From contig JBBDYJ010000020.1 in the NCBI GenBank assembly GCA_040901675.1, positions 32,001-96,000 of the forward strand: a stretch of DNA of 64,000 nt, read 5' to 3'. Shown piece after piece: positions 19,862 through 30,333 of the stretch. The DNA comes from Pirellulales bacterium. Lineage in GTDB: Bacteria > Planctomycetota > Planctomycetia > Pirellulales > JAICIG01. Every line of letters starts with the position of its first letter. Within the stretch, counting starts at the first letter, position 1. The notes beneath the pieces were generated by a model. That model made no database searches, was not told the DNA's origin, and saw only the letters and a list, made by a program, of their open reading frames with translations. The position numbers and the translations under genes were made by a program.

Positions 19862-21757
19862 ATGCAAAAGGCCAGTGACGGCGCGGGCCGTCTCGCCCAG
19901 CGCGTGCCGGGCACCCGTATCGCTTGTTATGTCTTCCAGTCGAATCGCGACCTGGCACGGCACGTCGCCGAGGCCATCGCGGCGGTCATACGCGAACGCA
20001 ACGCCTTCGGCCAGAAGGCCGTGCTGGGATTGCCCACCGGCTCGACCCCCATGGGAGTGTACCGCGAACTGGTGAGAATGCACCGCGAGGACGGCCTCGA
20101 TTTCAGCGGGGTGCTGACGTTCAACCTCGACGAGTACTACGGCCTGCGACCCGACCAGTTGCAGAGCTACCACCGCTGGATGTTCGAGCACTTCTTCGAT
20201 CACGTGAACATCCCGGCCGAGCAGATCCATATTCCCGACGGCACCGTGCCGCTGGAACAGGTGGAAGAACACTGCCTGCGGTACGAGGCCCAGATTGAGC
20301 GGGCCGGCGGTATCGACGTGCAGTTGCTGGGCATCGGCCGCAATGGGCACGTGGGCTTCAACGAGCCGTTCAGCGACCGGCACGGCCGCACTCGCCTGGC
20401 CACGCTCGACCCGCTGACCCGCAAGGACGCGGCCAGCGACTTCTTTAGCGAGGAGAACGTGCCCCAGCAGGCCATCACCATGGGGCTGGGCACGATCCGG
20501 GAGGCCCGCAAGATCATCCTGATCGCCTTGGGCGAGCACAAGGCCTCCATCGTGCGCGAGGCCGTCGAAGGGCCGGCCAGCGACCGGGTGCCGGCCAGCT
20601 TGCTCGGCGATCATCCGGCGGTCTCGGTGCTGCTCGACGAGGCGGCCGCCGGCCAGTTGAGCGGCGTGGCGATGCCCTGGACGTCAGGCAGGGTCGAGTG
20701 GACCGACAAGCTGGTGAAGCGGGCGGTGCTGTGGCTCTCCCAACATACCGGCAAGGCCCTGTTAAAGCTGGACGACCAGGATTTCCGCGAGCACAACCTG
20801 CACCGATTGCTCCGGGATCATGGGCCGGCGCAGAAAGTGGCCCACCGCGTCTTCCGCTGGATGATGGAAACGATCGACTACCACCCCGGCGGCCGCGAGC
20901 CGAATCGCATCATCTGTTTCAGCCCCCATCCTGACGACGACGTGATCAGCATGGGCGGGTCGCTGATCCGCCTGATCGAGGACCAGCACGAAGTCCACGT
21001 GGCCTACATGACCAGCGGCAACATTGCGGTCTTCGATCACGATGCCCAGCGCGTGGCCGACCTGGTGGTGGAGTTCAATCGCCGGTTTGGGATCGATCAG
21101 GAGAAGTCGCGCGACGTCGAGCGGCAGGTGCTCGATTCGCTGGCACGCAAAGCGCCCGGCGAGCCGGATACCGAAGCGGTATTGGCGATCAAGGCCTTGA
21201 TCCGCTGGAGCGAGGCCAAGGCCGGCGCGGTGGTCTGCGGCTGCCGCGAGGAACACCTCCACTTTCTGGATTTGCCGTTCTATCGCACGGGCACGATTGC
21301 CAAGAACCCCGTCGGCGAAGGCGACGTGCGGATTATCCGCGAGTTGCTCCAGCGGCTGCGCCCGCGGCAGGTCTACGTGGCGGGCGACCTGTCCGATCCG
21401 CACGGAACGCACCGCGTCTGCGCCGAGGCGATCTTCAGGGCCCTGAACGAGCTGCAGGCCGCCGGAGGAACCACGCCGGAAGTGCTCTTGTACCGAGGCG
21501 CCTGGCAGGAATGGGCGCCTCACGAAATCGAGATTGCCGTGCCGCTGAGCCCACGCGATTTGGAACGCAAGAAGGCGGCCATTTTCCGCCACGAATCCCA
21601 GAAGGACACCGCCTTGTTCCCCGGAGCCGATGCCCGCGAGTTCTGGCAGCGCGCCGAAGAACGCAACCGCCACACGGCCGACGTCTACAACCGGCTGGGA
21701 CTGCCCGAGTACTTCGCCCTGGAGGGCTTTGTCCGCTGGAATGGCGAGGCCATCTAG
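19862..21757 (+). CDS. nagB: Glucosamine-6-phosphate deaminase fused to a PIG-L/LmbE-like domain
   Basis: LGLPTGSTP, FNLDEYY, LGIGRNGHVGFNEP; C-terminal SPHPDDD, DPHGTH, HESQ. Confidence 0.93.
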   Translation: MQKASDGAGRLAQRVPGTRIACYVFQSNRDLARHVAEAIAAVIRERNAFGQKAVLGLPTGSTPMGVYRELVRMHREDGLDFSGVLTFNLDEYYGLRPDQLQSYHRWMFEHFFDHVNIPAEQIHIPDGTVPLEQVEEHCLRYEAQIERAGGIDVQLLGIGRNGHVGFNEPFSDRHGRTRLATLDPLTRKDAASDFFSEENVPQQAITMGLGTIREARKIILIALGEHKASIVREAVEGPASDRVPASLLGDHPAVSVLLDEAAAGQLSGVAMPWTSGRVEWTDKLVKRAVLWLSQHTGKALLKLDDQDFREHNLHRLLRDHGPAQKVAHRVFRWMMETIDYHPGGREPNRIICFSPHPDDDVISMGGSLIRLIEDQHEVHVAYMTSGNIAVFDHDAQRVADLVVEFNRRFGIDQEKSRDVERQVLDSLARKAPGEPDTEAVLAIKALIRWSEAKAGAVVCGCREEHLHFLDLPFYRTGTIAKNPVGEGDVRIIRELLQRLRPRQVYVAGDLSDPHGTHRVCAEAIFRALNELQAAGGTTPEVLLYRGAWQEWAPHEIEIAVPLSPRDLERKKAAIFRHESQKDTALFPGADAREFWQRAEERNRHTADVYNRLGLPEYFALEGFVRWNGEAI

Positions 21758-21840
21758 CCCGCCCGCGGCAGGCGGTCCGCAGCCCGCCGACAGCCAACCA
21801 GCCGGGATCCACCGCTCAAGCCGCTTGGGAACCTAAAGCC

Positions 21841-23628
21841 GTGGCACCGCACCGAACGCTCGACGACCTGGTCCGCGGCTGGCGCGGCTGGGCCCTGTTG
21901 GCGTTGTTGGCGGCGGGCAGCGTGGCATTGGCGGGAACCGCTGTAGCGCAAAAGTCCGTCACGGTCGATGAGTTCCAGGCGCTGCCGCATGGCCTGGCCA
22001 TCTGGAAGACCGGCGACTTCCATCTGGCCACCGGAGTCCCGGTGTTGCCCAGCCTGCTGCCGGCGCTCCCCTTGCTCGCCTCTTCGGCTCGCTTCGATCC
22101 CCAACCGATGGCCGGCTACGTCAGCTCCTGGCAATGTGGCGACCAGTTCCTCCGCGAAAACCTGGAGAGCTATCACCCGTTGTTTCTTCAGGGCCGCATG
22201 ATCTCGCTCGCCGTGCTGCTGGTCACCTGCCTGCTGACATACGCATTGGCGCGCAGGATGTATGGGGCGACAGGCGGGCTGTTGGCCGCGGTTTTCGCCT
22301 GCCTGTCCCCGAACCTGCTGGCCCACGGGGCGCTGGTCACGCCCGACATCTATCTCGCGGCCGCCATCGTCGCCGCGTTGTTTGCCTTCGACCTGTTATT
22401 CAACCGGCCAGGCTGGCCGGCGGCGGTGGCGCTGGGATGCGCGCTTGGGCTGGCCAGCCTGTCGAAACTGACCGGCTTGCTGTTGTTCGCCATCTTTCCG
22501 GCGCTGCTGGCCTGCTTTCATTTTGCCGATCGGGCGGCTTGGCGGCGCGCCGGCCAGCCCGGCAAATCGGCCCCGCCGGCCTTGGCGAACCTCGACTGGT
22601 CCAAGCGCTGGCTGGCCGCCGCGCTGGCCATGGCGACGGGCCTCGTGCTGATCCACGTCGGCTACTTGTTCGACGGCTCGTTTTCGCGACTCGACCAGTT
22701 CCAGTTCGAGAGCACCGGGATGGCGACGGTGGCCGAGATGCTGCCCGGATGGCTCCGGGTGCCCCTGCCCTACCCTTTCTTCAAGGGGATCGACGCGCAG
22801 TTGGCCGAGGAGGGCTATGTCGCCTATCTGAACGGCGAGTTCAACGAGACCGGCTTCTTTCATTACTATCTCGTCGGGCTGCTGGTTAAGACTCCGCTGT
22901 GCGTGCCGGTGTTGGCCGTCGTTGCCTGGTGGGGCAGGCGCGGCCTGACCCGCTCGGAAGTGGCCCTGGTGGCAACCGGAGGCCTGCTGCTGTTGTTCTT
23001 CTCGCTCTCGAAGCACAAGAACATCGGCCTGCGGTACGTGCTGTTCCTGGAACCGCTCCTGGCCATCTGGATCGGACGGCTCGGCACCCGGATCGCAATG
23101 CTCGAACTACCCGGCACCCAAACGGCCGCCATGGCGCGGGACAAGACCGCCCGCCGCGCGGCCATCCGGCTCACGGCCGCCAAGCGCGATTTGGCACTGG
23201 CCGCCGCGGCCGCGGGCTGGATGCTGTTTACGGCGGTTTCGGCCTGGCCGCACTACCTGGCGTACTTCAATCGGGCCAGCGGTGGCCCGACCAGCGGCCA
23301 CAAGTACCTGCTGGACTCGAATCTCGATTGGGGTCAGGACCTGATTGAGCTGCGGCGGTTCATGGAGCGCGAGGGGATCGATTCGATCGACCTGGCTTAT
23401 TTCGGCCGCGTGCCCCCCGAAGTGTACGGCGTCAGCTACCGGATGCTGGGCGCCGGGCCGCCCGCGCGCTACGCGGCGATCAGCGCCAACCTGCTCTGGG
23501 GACGGATGTACTTCGTGAACGGCACGTCGTACTGGCCCGAAGACAAAGACACGTATGCCGCCTACCGGCGGTTGAAGCCCAAGGCCGTTCTCGGGCACAG
23601 CATCTACGTGTTCGAGTTGGCCCCGTAG
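21841..23628 (+). CDS. Membrane glycosyltransferase, GT-C fold (ArnT/PMT family 39-like)
   Basis: SVTVDE, PNLLAHG.LVTPD, LSKLTG, RYVL, YLAYFN...DSNLDWGQDL; start uncertain. Confidence 0.85.
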   Translation: MAPHRTLDDLVRGWRGWALLALLAAGSVALAGTAVAQKSVTVDEFQALPHGLAIWKTGDFHLATGVPVLPSLLPALPLLASSARFDPQPMAGYVSSWQCGDQFLRENLESYHPLFLQGRMISLAVLLVTCLLTYALARRMYGATGGLLAAVFACLSPNLLAHGALVTPDIYLAAAIVAALFAFDLLFNRPGWPAAVALGCALGLASLSKLTGLLLFAIFPALLACFHFADRAAWRRAGQPGKSAPPALANLDWSKRWLAAALAMATGLVLIHVGYLFDGSFSRLDQFQFESTGMATVAEMLPGWLRVPLPYPFFKGIDAQLAEEGYVAYLNGEFNETGFFHYYLVGLLVKTPLCVPVLAVVAWWGRRGLTRSEVALVATGGLLLLFFSLSKHKNIGLRYVLFLEPLLAIWIGRLGTRIAMLELPGTQTAAMARDKTARRAAIRLTAAKRDLALAAAAAGWMLFTAVSAWPHYLAYFNRASGGPTSGHKYLLDSNLDWGQDLIELRRFMEREGIDSIDLAYFGRVPPEVYGVSYRMLGAGPPARYAAISANLLWGRMYFVNGTSYWPEDKDTYAAYRRLKPKAVLGHSIYVFELAP

Positions 23629-23698
23629 AACGGAATTCATCCCGTTTACCGGGTTAACCGATGCGCGACTCGCTGAAACGGAATAAATTCCGTTCTAC
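23625..23698. repeat. Inverted REP doublet (REPIN-like), family A
   Basis: GTAGAACGGAATTCATCCCGTTT ... AAACGGAATAAATTCCGTTCTAC. Confidence 0.85.
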
Positions 23699-24300
23699 TA
23701 CACCTTGCGGACAACACCGACGACCACGCCCAGCACCCGGGCGTTGGTGACGTAGATGGCCGGCATCGACGAGTTGGCCGGCTCCAGGCGGATGCGCTTC
23801 GCCTCCGGGTACCAGCGTTTGAGCGTGGCCTCGTTCTCGTCGGTCAAGGCGACAACCGTCTGCCCTCGCTGCGCGGTGGGCTGCTTGCGAATGACCACGT
23901 AATCGCCGTCGGCGATCTGGTCTTCAATCATCGAATCGCCCTTGACCTTGAGCACGAACAGATCGTCGGCGCTGAACATCTCGCCAAAATCGACCCGCTC
24001 GTCCTGGCTCACGGCCTCCTGCAGCACGCCGGCCGCGATCATGCCGGCGAGGGGCAGCCCACCGCCTCCTTCGGGAGTTTCCGTGGAGAGCATGATGGCC
24101 CGCGACATGTTCGGCTCTCGAGTGATCAAGCCTTTTTTCTCGAGGGCCTTGAGGTGGCACATCACCCCGTTGGGAGAGCTGATGTCGAAGTGGGCCCCGA
24201 TTTCCCTGACCGTGGGGCCGTATCCGCGGTGACGGATTTTTTCGCGGATGAATTCGTAGACCTCGCGCTGGCGAGTTGTCAGACGTTCCAAGTTGGCCAT
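23698..24300 (-). CDS. lexA: SOS transcriptional repressor LexA
   Basis: LTTRQ, GYGPTVREI, HLKALEKKG, AAG cleavage site, GDSM, TLKR. Confidence 0.96.
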   Translation of the reverse strand: MANLERLTTRQREVYEFIREKIRHRGYGPTVREIGAHFDISSPNGVMCHLKALEKKGLITREPNMSRAIMLSTETPEGGGGLPLAGMIAAGVLQEAVSQDERVDFGEMFSADDLFVLKVKGDSMIEDQIADGDYVVIRKQPTAQRGQTVVALTDENEATLKRWYPEAKRIRLEPANSSMPAIYVTNARVLGVVVGVVRKV

Positions 24301-24346
24301 GGTCACGTGTCCCCGTGCATGAAAAATAAGTAAGCCGCCTCCTTCA

Positions 24347-24374
24347 AATATAATATACGCGTGTACAGAGTCAA
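24347..24374 (-). promoter_or_regulatory. lexA promoter with candidate operator
   Basis: Minus strand TTGACT-16-TATATT with imperfect palindrome TGTAC-ACGC-GTATA in the spacer. Confidence 0.55.
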
Positions 24375-24429
24375 TAGCATTTGTACACCAGTGCTATCTT
24401 GGGGCTGTCAAAGTGATTACGACTTCTGT

Positions 24430-25809
24430 TCAGGCCGACTGGTCCATCTGCATGGCCTGGTTCAGCTTGTTGTAGAGCGTCTTGAGGCTGATGCCCAGTT
24501 CGTCGGCAGCCTTCGACTTGTTGCCGCCGTTGCGCTCGATGCTCTGATGAATGGCCTGCATCTCGATCTCCCGCATGGTCTGCGCCGGGAAGGTCTTGAA
24601 GTGCGGGGCGCGGAGCCGTCGATGGGTGAAGTTGCCGGGCAAGTGCGGCAGGTCCACCGGGCCGTTATCGCAGAGAATGGCGGCGTGCTCGATCACGTTG
24701 GCCAGCTCGCGGACATTGCCGGGCCAGCAGTGGGTTTCCAGCGCGCGCATGGCCTCGGCCGTGAACGAGGCCTCGTCGGCGCGGGCATCGCGGCGGAAGC
24801 GCGCCAGCAGGTAGTGGGCCAGGCCGGGCAGGTCGCCGATGCGGTCGCGCAAGGCAGGCAAACGGATTTCGAAGGTGTTGATGCGGAACATCAGGTCCTG
24901 GCGGAACTCTCCCTCGGCGACCATCTCGTCCAGGTCGCGATGGGTGGCGCAGACCACGCGGACATCGACGGTGAACGAATCGTTGTCGCCCACGCGGCGG
25001 ATTTCGCCGCTTTCCAGGATCCTCAGCAGCTTGGCCTGCATCGACTTGGGCAGCTCGCCGATCTCGTCCAGAAAAATCGTGCCGCCGTTGGCCACCTCGA
25101 ACAGCCCCACCCGGTTCTCTTCGGCCCCGGTGAACGATCCTTTGCGATGGCCGAACAGTTCGCTCTCGATCAGGTTTTCCGGAAGCCCACCGCAGTTGAC
25201 CGCCACGAAGGGCATGTCGGCCCGCAGACTTTGATCGTGAACGGCGCGGGCCACGAGCTCCTTGCCGGTGCCTGTTTCGCCCAGGATCAGCACGGTGGAG
25301 AGCGTGGGCGCGACCTTGGCAATCCGCGAGCGGACGTCGTCCATGCGGGGCGAGTCGCCGATCAGCTTGGAGGGCCCTTCCAGGCGTTCGACCTGCCGCT
25401 TCAGCGCGCGGTACTTGTTGGTCAGCTCTCGCTTGGCGGCGACCCGCGTCAGGAGCGCTTCCAGCTCCACCAGCTTGCAGGGCTTGGTCAGATAATCGAA
25501 GGCGCCTTGCCGCAAGGCGGCCACCGCCGTCTCCAGCGACGACTTGCCGGTCAGAACCACCGCCTCCGTTTCGGGAGAGAGCTGCTTGGCCCGGGCAATC
25601 ACCTCGATGCCCGACAAGCGAGGCATGTCCAGATCGACCAGGATGCAGTCGTAGGTGTTGCGCTCCAGCGCCGCCACGGCCACCGCCCCATCCGGGCAGA
25701 CCGTCACCTCGTGTCCCATGCGGGGCAGTTCCAGGCTCATCAGCTCCTGCAGCGAGCGCTCGTCGTCGGCGAACAGCAGCTTGAGGCGCTTATGCGGCTT
25801 GATATCGAT
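24430..25809 (-). CDS. Sigma54-dependent response regulator (NtrC family), probable ATC start
   Basis: Receiver LLFADDE...DLDMP...KP, GETGTGKE, GSFTGA, WPGNVRELAN, Fis-type HTH. Confidence 0.92.
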   Translation of the reverse strand: MDIKPHKRLKLLFADDERSLQELMSLELPRMGHEVTVCPDGAVAVAALERNTYDCILVDLDMPRLSGIEVIARAKQLSPETEAVVLTGKSSLETAVAALRQGAFDYLTKPCKLVELEALLTRVAAKRELTNKYRALKRQVERLEGPSKLIGDSPRMDDVRSRIAKVAPTLSTVLILGETGTGKELVARAVHDQSLRADMPFVAVNCGGLPENLIESELFGHRKGSFTGAEENRVGLFEVANGGTIFLDEIGELPKSMQAKLLRILESGEIRRVGDNDSFTVDVRVVCATHRDLDEMVAEGEFRQDLMFRINTFEIRLPALRDRIGDLPGLAHYLLARFRRDARADEASFTAEAMRALETHCWPGNVRELANVIEHAAILCDNGPVDLPHLPGNFTHRRLRAPHFKTFPAQTMREIEMQAIHQSIERNGGNKSKAADELGISLKTLYNKLNQAMQMDQSA

Positions 25810-27445
25810 GGCGATTCTCCTGCCGGCCTGCGGCCAGCGGCAAGCGGACGCAGAACCAGGAGCCGTGGCCGGGGCCGTCGCTGTGCACCTCGATCGACCC
25901 TTCGTGGTCGGCGATGATCCGGTAGGCGATGGAGAGCCCCAGCCCGGTCCCCTGCCCGCCGCGGCGGCGGGTGAAGAAAGGCTCGAAAAGATGTTCCAGC
26001 ACTTCAGGCGTCATGCCGCAGCCAGTGTCGGTGACCGTCAGCTCGGCTTCCCCCCCGCGTTCGGCCAACTCGACGCTCACGGTGCCCCCGGCGTCGAGGC
26101 TGTCCAAGGCGTTGGTCAACAGGTTCAACACGACCTGCTTGATCTCCTGGGTGTTGACCGGCACGATCACCTTTTGATCGGGGGCGAACTCGACGTGTTT
26201 CTCCTGGTACTTGCCCAGGTGCCCGATCATGTCGATCACGCCCTGCACGAGCTCGCCCAGATCGGCGGACTGCCGCTTGACCTCGCCGATGCGGGAAAAA
26301 TCGAGCAGCTTCTCGGTGATCTCCTTGCAGCGAAAGGCCTCGGCCTGGATCATCCGCAGGTACTGGCGGGCCACCTCCCGCTGGGGGCCGTCGCCCCCCG
26401 GGGTCTCATGCAGGCGGCCCTCGAGCGACTCGGCGCACATGGCAATCGAGGCCAGCGGGTTGTTGATTTCGTGGGCCACCCCGGCCGCCAGAAAACCGAC
26501 GCTCGCCAACTGCTCACTGCGGACCACCTGCTTGGTTCGCTCCTGCACCTGGCGGTCGAGGTCGTCGCGGATGGCCCGGAAGCGGGCGGTCATGTCGTTC
26601 ATGGCGGCGGCCAGCTCGGACATTTCATCTTCGGTGGTCAAACGGATGCGGTAATTGAAGTGTCCCGACGCCACTTTGCGCGATCCATTGATCAGCACCC
26701 GCAGCGGCCGGAAGATCCACGCGTAGCCCAGCTTGACGAACAGCGCCACCAGCAAAACGGTCAACAGGCTGGTGATCCAGGTCAACACCAGCAGGGTGCG
26801 GTACTGACGGCGGGCCTCGGCCGTGAACTCCTCGATGTTCGAATAGAGGAAGCTGGGCAGCCTGGCGGCCAACGTCTGCAGTTCGTCCAGTTCGCCGCTC
26901 AGCCGGGCCACCCTCAACGGATCGATCAGCCAGTCGCGCTGGCGGTTGAGCTGCCCGATGCGCAGGAGCGATTCCTCGATCGAGCGGACGGTTTGCCACT
27001 CCCGCCGGCTGTCGCCGATCTCGCCGGTAACTCCCTCCAGTTCCTCGGCGGACACGCTCTCTTCGGGTCGCGGCTTGTGCTGTTCGAGCTGATCGCGGTA
27101 ACTCCCCAGGTTGCGTTCGACCTGGTCGAGCTGGAGCTGGAACTCCTGCCAGGCCCAATCCTGTCCCGTCACGCTTCCGGGTTGGATGGCGCTATAGTCG
27201 CGCTGCCCGCCCGCGGCGATCGGCTCGGAAGGCACTGCCTCGCCCAGCGCCAGGCGCAGTTCGCTCACGCTTTGGCTGAGCGCGTTGGCCAGGGGCAGTT
27301 CGTGGACCCGCCGGCTCAGGCTGCGAACCAGGCTCCGGTAGGCATACAAACCGTGGATGCCGCCCCAACTGAGCGTGGCGACGATCACCAGCAGCAGGCA
27401 CAGCCCGACTACCAGCTTGGCGCGTATGGGCCACTTGGACAGCAC
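25790..27445 (-). CDS. Membrane sensor histidine kinase with HAMP domain
   Basis: Two TM helices, HEINNPL, NLLTNA, DTGCG, PFFT, GTGLGL. Confidence 0.94.
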   Translation of the reverse strand: MLSKWPIRAKLVVGLCLLLVIVATLSWGGIHGLYAYRSLVRSLSRRVHELPLANALSQSVSELRLALGEAVPSEPIAAGGQRDYSAIQPGSVTGQDWAWQEFQLQLDQVERNLGSYRDQLEQHKPRPEESVSAEELEGVTGEIGDSRREWQTVRSIEESLLRIGQLNRQRDWLIDPLRVARLSGELDELQTLAARLPSFLYSNIEEFTAEARRQYRTLLVLTWITSLLTVLLVALFVKLGYAWIFRPLRVLINGSRKVASGHFNYRIRLTTEDEMSELAAAMNDMTARFRAIRDDLDRQVQERTKQVVRSEQLASVGFLAAGVAHEINNPLASIAMCAESLEGRLHETPGGDGPQREVARQYLRMIQAEAFRCKEITEKLLDFSRIGEVKRQSADLGELVQGVIDMIGHLGKYQEKHVEFAPDQKVIVPVNTQEIKQVVLNLLTNALDSLDAGGTVSVELAERGGEAELTVTDTGCGMTPEVLEHLFEPFFTRRRGGQGTGLGLSIAYRIIADHEGSIEVHSDGPGHGSWFCVRLPLAAGRQENRHRYQAA

Positions 27446-27621
27446 CGTGCGACCTCCTTGCCGCGATGCCAGAGCAGAATGTTCGTACCGACGGGAAGAC
27501 CGGAACCGCTCCCCGGCCGCTTACCGGCCCAATGGGGCGGCAAGTCTACCATCAAGGTCGCGACCAGGGCAATACGGCGGTGGCCCCCCCGGGGGTCGCC
27601 GAATCGCTCTCCCAAATAGCG

Positions 27622-28800
27622 TCAATACCGCAGCACGCGGCATTTGAGCAGCCAACCACCCCAGGCCGCCAGCACGACGTTGCCCAGCCAGACCACGTAC
27701 GGGTGGACGGCGCCGCTCTTGGCCTGCTCGACGCCGAACATCAACAGGGGGTAGTACACCAGCAGGATGGGAGCGAAGCACAGGAAGAAATTGGCCATGT
27801 AATCGGAGTTGCGGCGCCAGATGGCCAGCGGGGCCCCGACCAGCACGAAGCACAGGCAACTGAAGGCGGCCGACAGCCGCCGCGGCGGTTCCGTGGCCAA
27901 CCGGTGCAGGTGGTTCCACCAGTTCTGGATAATCAGCTTCTCATGCGGCCAATCGTGCTGCTCCAGCGGCTCGAACTCACCCGTAAACAGGGGAAAAGCC
28001 ACTTCCGCCGCCCGGCGGCGCTCGTACATCTCCAGCTCCGACGTGATGCGGGCCCGTTCGCCGGGAACGCGGCCCAGCGGAACGCGGGCAGGCACCCGCG
28101 AGTTGTCCCCTATCCGGCTGGCGTCGAACAGCGGAATCTCGCGGTCGATCTCGTCGAACTGGATGCTGAACTGCCCTTCGACCACGGTGCCGTTGCGGAA
28201 CGAAACCCGCAGCACCTCCGAGTCCGACCGGAGTTGGGCCTCCTCGGCCGTGATCGTCATGCCGGCCGAATCGCCTTTGGCCCTCAACGTGAACGTGGGC
28301 TGAATCAGCCGTGGACCTTCGACCGCCTTGACGATGATCTCGATGTTCTTGGCGCTGTACGAATGCTGCGTGCGAAGCGCCCCGTAGACAATTTCCTCGA
28401 CCGCCTCCAGCACGACCCGCTGGGCGCCCTTCTGGCCCCAGGTCAGGGCCAGCTCGTTCAGCCAGACCGTCCCCAGGCTGAGCAGGAAGGCGAGGACAAG
28501 ACCGGGCCAGACGACCGCCATGGGACTGATGCCCAACGACTTGATCGCCAGCACCTCGTTGGAGCCCGACATCCGCCCATACACGTTCGAGACCGCGAAC
28601 AGACTGGTGGCCGGCAGAGTGAACCGCATCATCTCCGGCAGCAGGTAGGGGATCAACCGGACGAGCTGTGCCGGGCCCACCCCCTGGTCCTTGGCCTCCT
28701 TGTACATGCCAAACACCAGCATCAGCACCGTCATTCCGGCCAGCGTGATGCTGAAGACCTTGAGCAGTTCCCACACGACATACCGCGTCAAAAGGGGCAT
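27622..28800 (-). CDS. LptF/LptG family permease
   Basis: LTRYV, GRMSGSNE.LAIKSLGIS, LVGAPL; 3+3 TM layout. Confidence 0.88.
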   Translation of the reverse strand: MPLLTRYVVWELLKVFSITLAGMTVLMLVFGMYKEAKDQGVGPAQLVRLIPYLLPEMMRFTLPATSLFAVSNVYGRMSGSNEVLAIKSLGISPMAVVWPGLVLAFLLSLGTVWLNELALTWGQKGAQRVVLEAVEEIVYGALRTQHSYSAKNIEIIVKAVEGPRLIQPTFTLRAKGDSAGMTITAEEAQLRSDSEVLRVSFRNGTVVEGQFSIQFDEIDREIPLFDASRIGDNSRVPARVPLGRVPGERARITSELEMYERRRAAEVAFPLFTGEFEPLEQHDWPHEKLIIQNWWNHLHRLATEPPRRLSAAFSCLCFVLVGAPLAIWRRNSDYMANFFLCFAPILLVYYPLLMFGVEQAKSGAVHPYVVWLGNVVLAAWGGWLLKCRVLRY

Positions 28801-28920
28801 GGCCGCGTAGTCTGTCGGCCTGCCGCCAGTCGGTCAAGGTCATTCACGCCATCCGCCCGGCGTTGACCGTTCCGGGGGCTTGTGATATGGTCCCCCGCCT
28901 TCCACGGGGAGCCGTGTTTA

Positions 28921-28972
28921 GTAGCAGGCACACTCCGTGTTTCGCACAGCAGCAGGTCACACTCCGTGTGCC
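28921..28972 (+). repeat. Degenerate GTAG-type REP pair, family D
   Basis: GTAGCAGGCACACTCCGTGT and GCAGCAGGTCACACTCCGTGTGCC. Confidence 0.55.
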
Positions 28973-29009
28973 CTCCGCCGTGTAGCGTCCGCTTGCATGA
29001 GGTACCGCG

Positions 29010-30332
29010 TTGCCGTATCGAACCGTTGGCCGTCTGCTGGTGGTACTGCTTGCCGTGGCGGCGGCGGTGGGCGGCTACTTTGCATTCTGGCGTTACCACG
29101 TCAAGCGTTTCCAGGAAGTGCGGCCCGCGGCCTTTTACCGGGTGGCTCAACCGACGGAGTTCGGAATCCGTCATCTGGCGGAGCGCTATGGCATCAAGAC
29201 GATGCTCAGCGTGCAGCTCTACGATTTCCGCCTGCGGCGAGGGCTGCTCGACCGGGGAGCCCCCAGCGGCGACAAAGAATCGAAGTACGTCGCCTCGCTG
29301 GGCATCCGCCACGTACAGTGGCCGATGGGAGCCGAGGCGTGCTGGCCCTGGGTCACGCCCTGGCAGTTTGAAGAATTCTTCAAGCTGCTCGACGACCCCG
29401 ACAACCTGCCCGTGGCGGTTCACTGCCAGGGGGGCAGGCATCGGACCGGGACCCTCTCGGCCCTATTCCGGCTGGAGTACGACCGCTGGCCCGTCCAGCG
29501 CGCCCTCGACGAAATGCACGCCTTCGACTTCGGCCCGCCGGTGACGTTGCAAGAGCACAACCTGCGGACCTACCTGCCGCGCCCGCATCCCCAGGCCAGC
29601 GACTGGAGCATCCTGGCGGGCTATTGGCGGGGACGGCTGGGCATGCCCGAGCCTGCGGACTATGAGCAGTTGATTCGGCGCCTGCGCACGGCGCGGCCCT
29701 CGGGCAGCCTCGAAGCCGACTTGTCGCAGTACCTGGACGAGGGGCATGTCTTCGCGCTGCCGCTGGCGCAAAGGCTGATCGACGCCCCCGACGATCCGCT
29801 GGTATCCCGGGCCACTCGGCTGGCGGCCCAGTGCCTGGAAGACACCGCCGCCGCTGCGGCCGACTGGTCGGCGGCGGCCGCGCTGGTGGCGGACTTCGGC
29901 AAGCCAAGCCAGCAGCAACGCTTAAAAGACCTGCTGGGCGACGCCTCATTTCAACGGGCCTCGCCTTTGCGATTTGATCGGATCGTGGCGGGCGTGACCA
30001 ATCGCTATCGACCCAACCGCATCGCCTACTTGCTTCCGCTGTTGGAAAACGAGTCGCACCATCTCGAGGAGGCTGCTCGCCGATATCGCTATTGCGACAC
30101 GGCGGTCTCGCGGTTGTCGGCCACCATCAACATCAACTTTCGAGAGAAGGCGCCCGGGATGGGAGTGGATGCATGGAATCACGCCCGCCAGGCGGCCCGC
30201 GCCTGGTGCGACGCCAATCCACGGCAGACCAAGCCGGCCACTTTGCGGCCCGCGGCCGGCCGGACCCTGGTCCGCTCCGGCGATGGGCCGCAGGCGGAAG
30301 ACCTCAGCAAGCTGCCGGTGTTGCTGAAGTAG
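29010..30332 (+). CDS. Tyrosine/dual-specificity phosphatase family protein with N-terminal anchor and helical C-terminal extension
   Basis: FYRVAQP, PVAVHCQGGRHRTG (CX5R). Confidence 0.85.
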   Translation: MPYRTVGRLLVVLLAVAAAVGGYFAFWRYHVKRFQEVRPAAFYRVAQPTEFGIRHLAERYGIKTMLSVQLYDFRLRRGLLDRGAPSGDKESKYVASLGIRHVQWPMGAEACWPWVTPWQFEEFFKLLDDPDNLPVAVHCQGGRHRTGTLSALFRLEYDRWPVQRALDEMHAFDFGPPVTLQEHNLRTYLPRPHPQASDWSILAGYWRGRLGMPEPADYEQLIRRLRTARPSGSLEADLSQYLDEGHVFALPLAQRLIDAPDDPLVSRATRLAAQCLEDTAAAAADWSAAAALVADFGKPSQQQRLKDLLGDASFQRASPLRFDRIVAGVTNRYRPNRIAYLLPLLENESHHLEEAARRYRYCDTAVSRLSATININFREKAPGMGVDAWNHARQAARAWCDANPRQTKPATLRPAAGRTLVRSGDGPQAEDLSKLPVLLK

Positions 30333-30333
30333 C

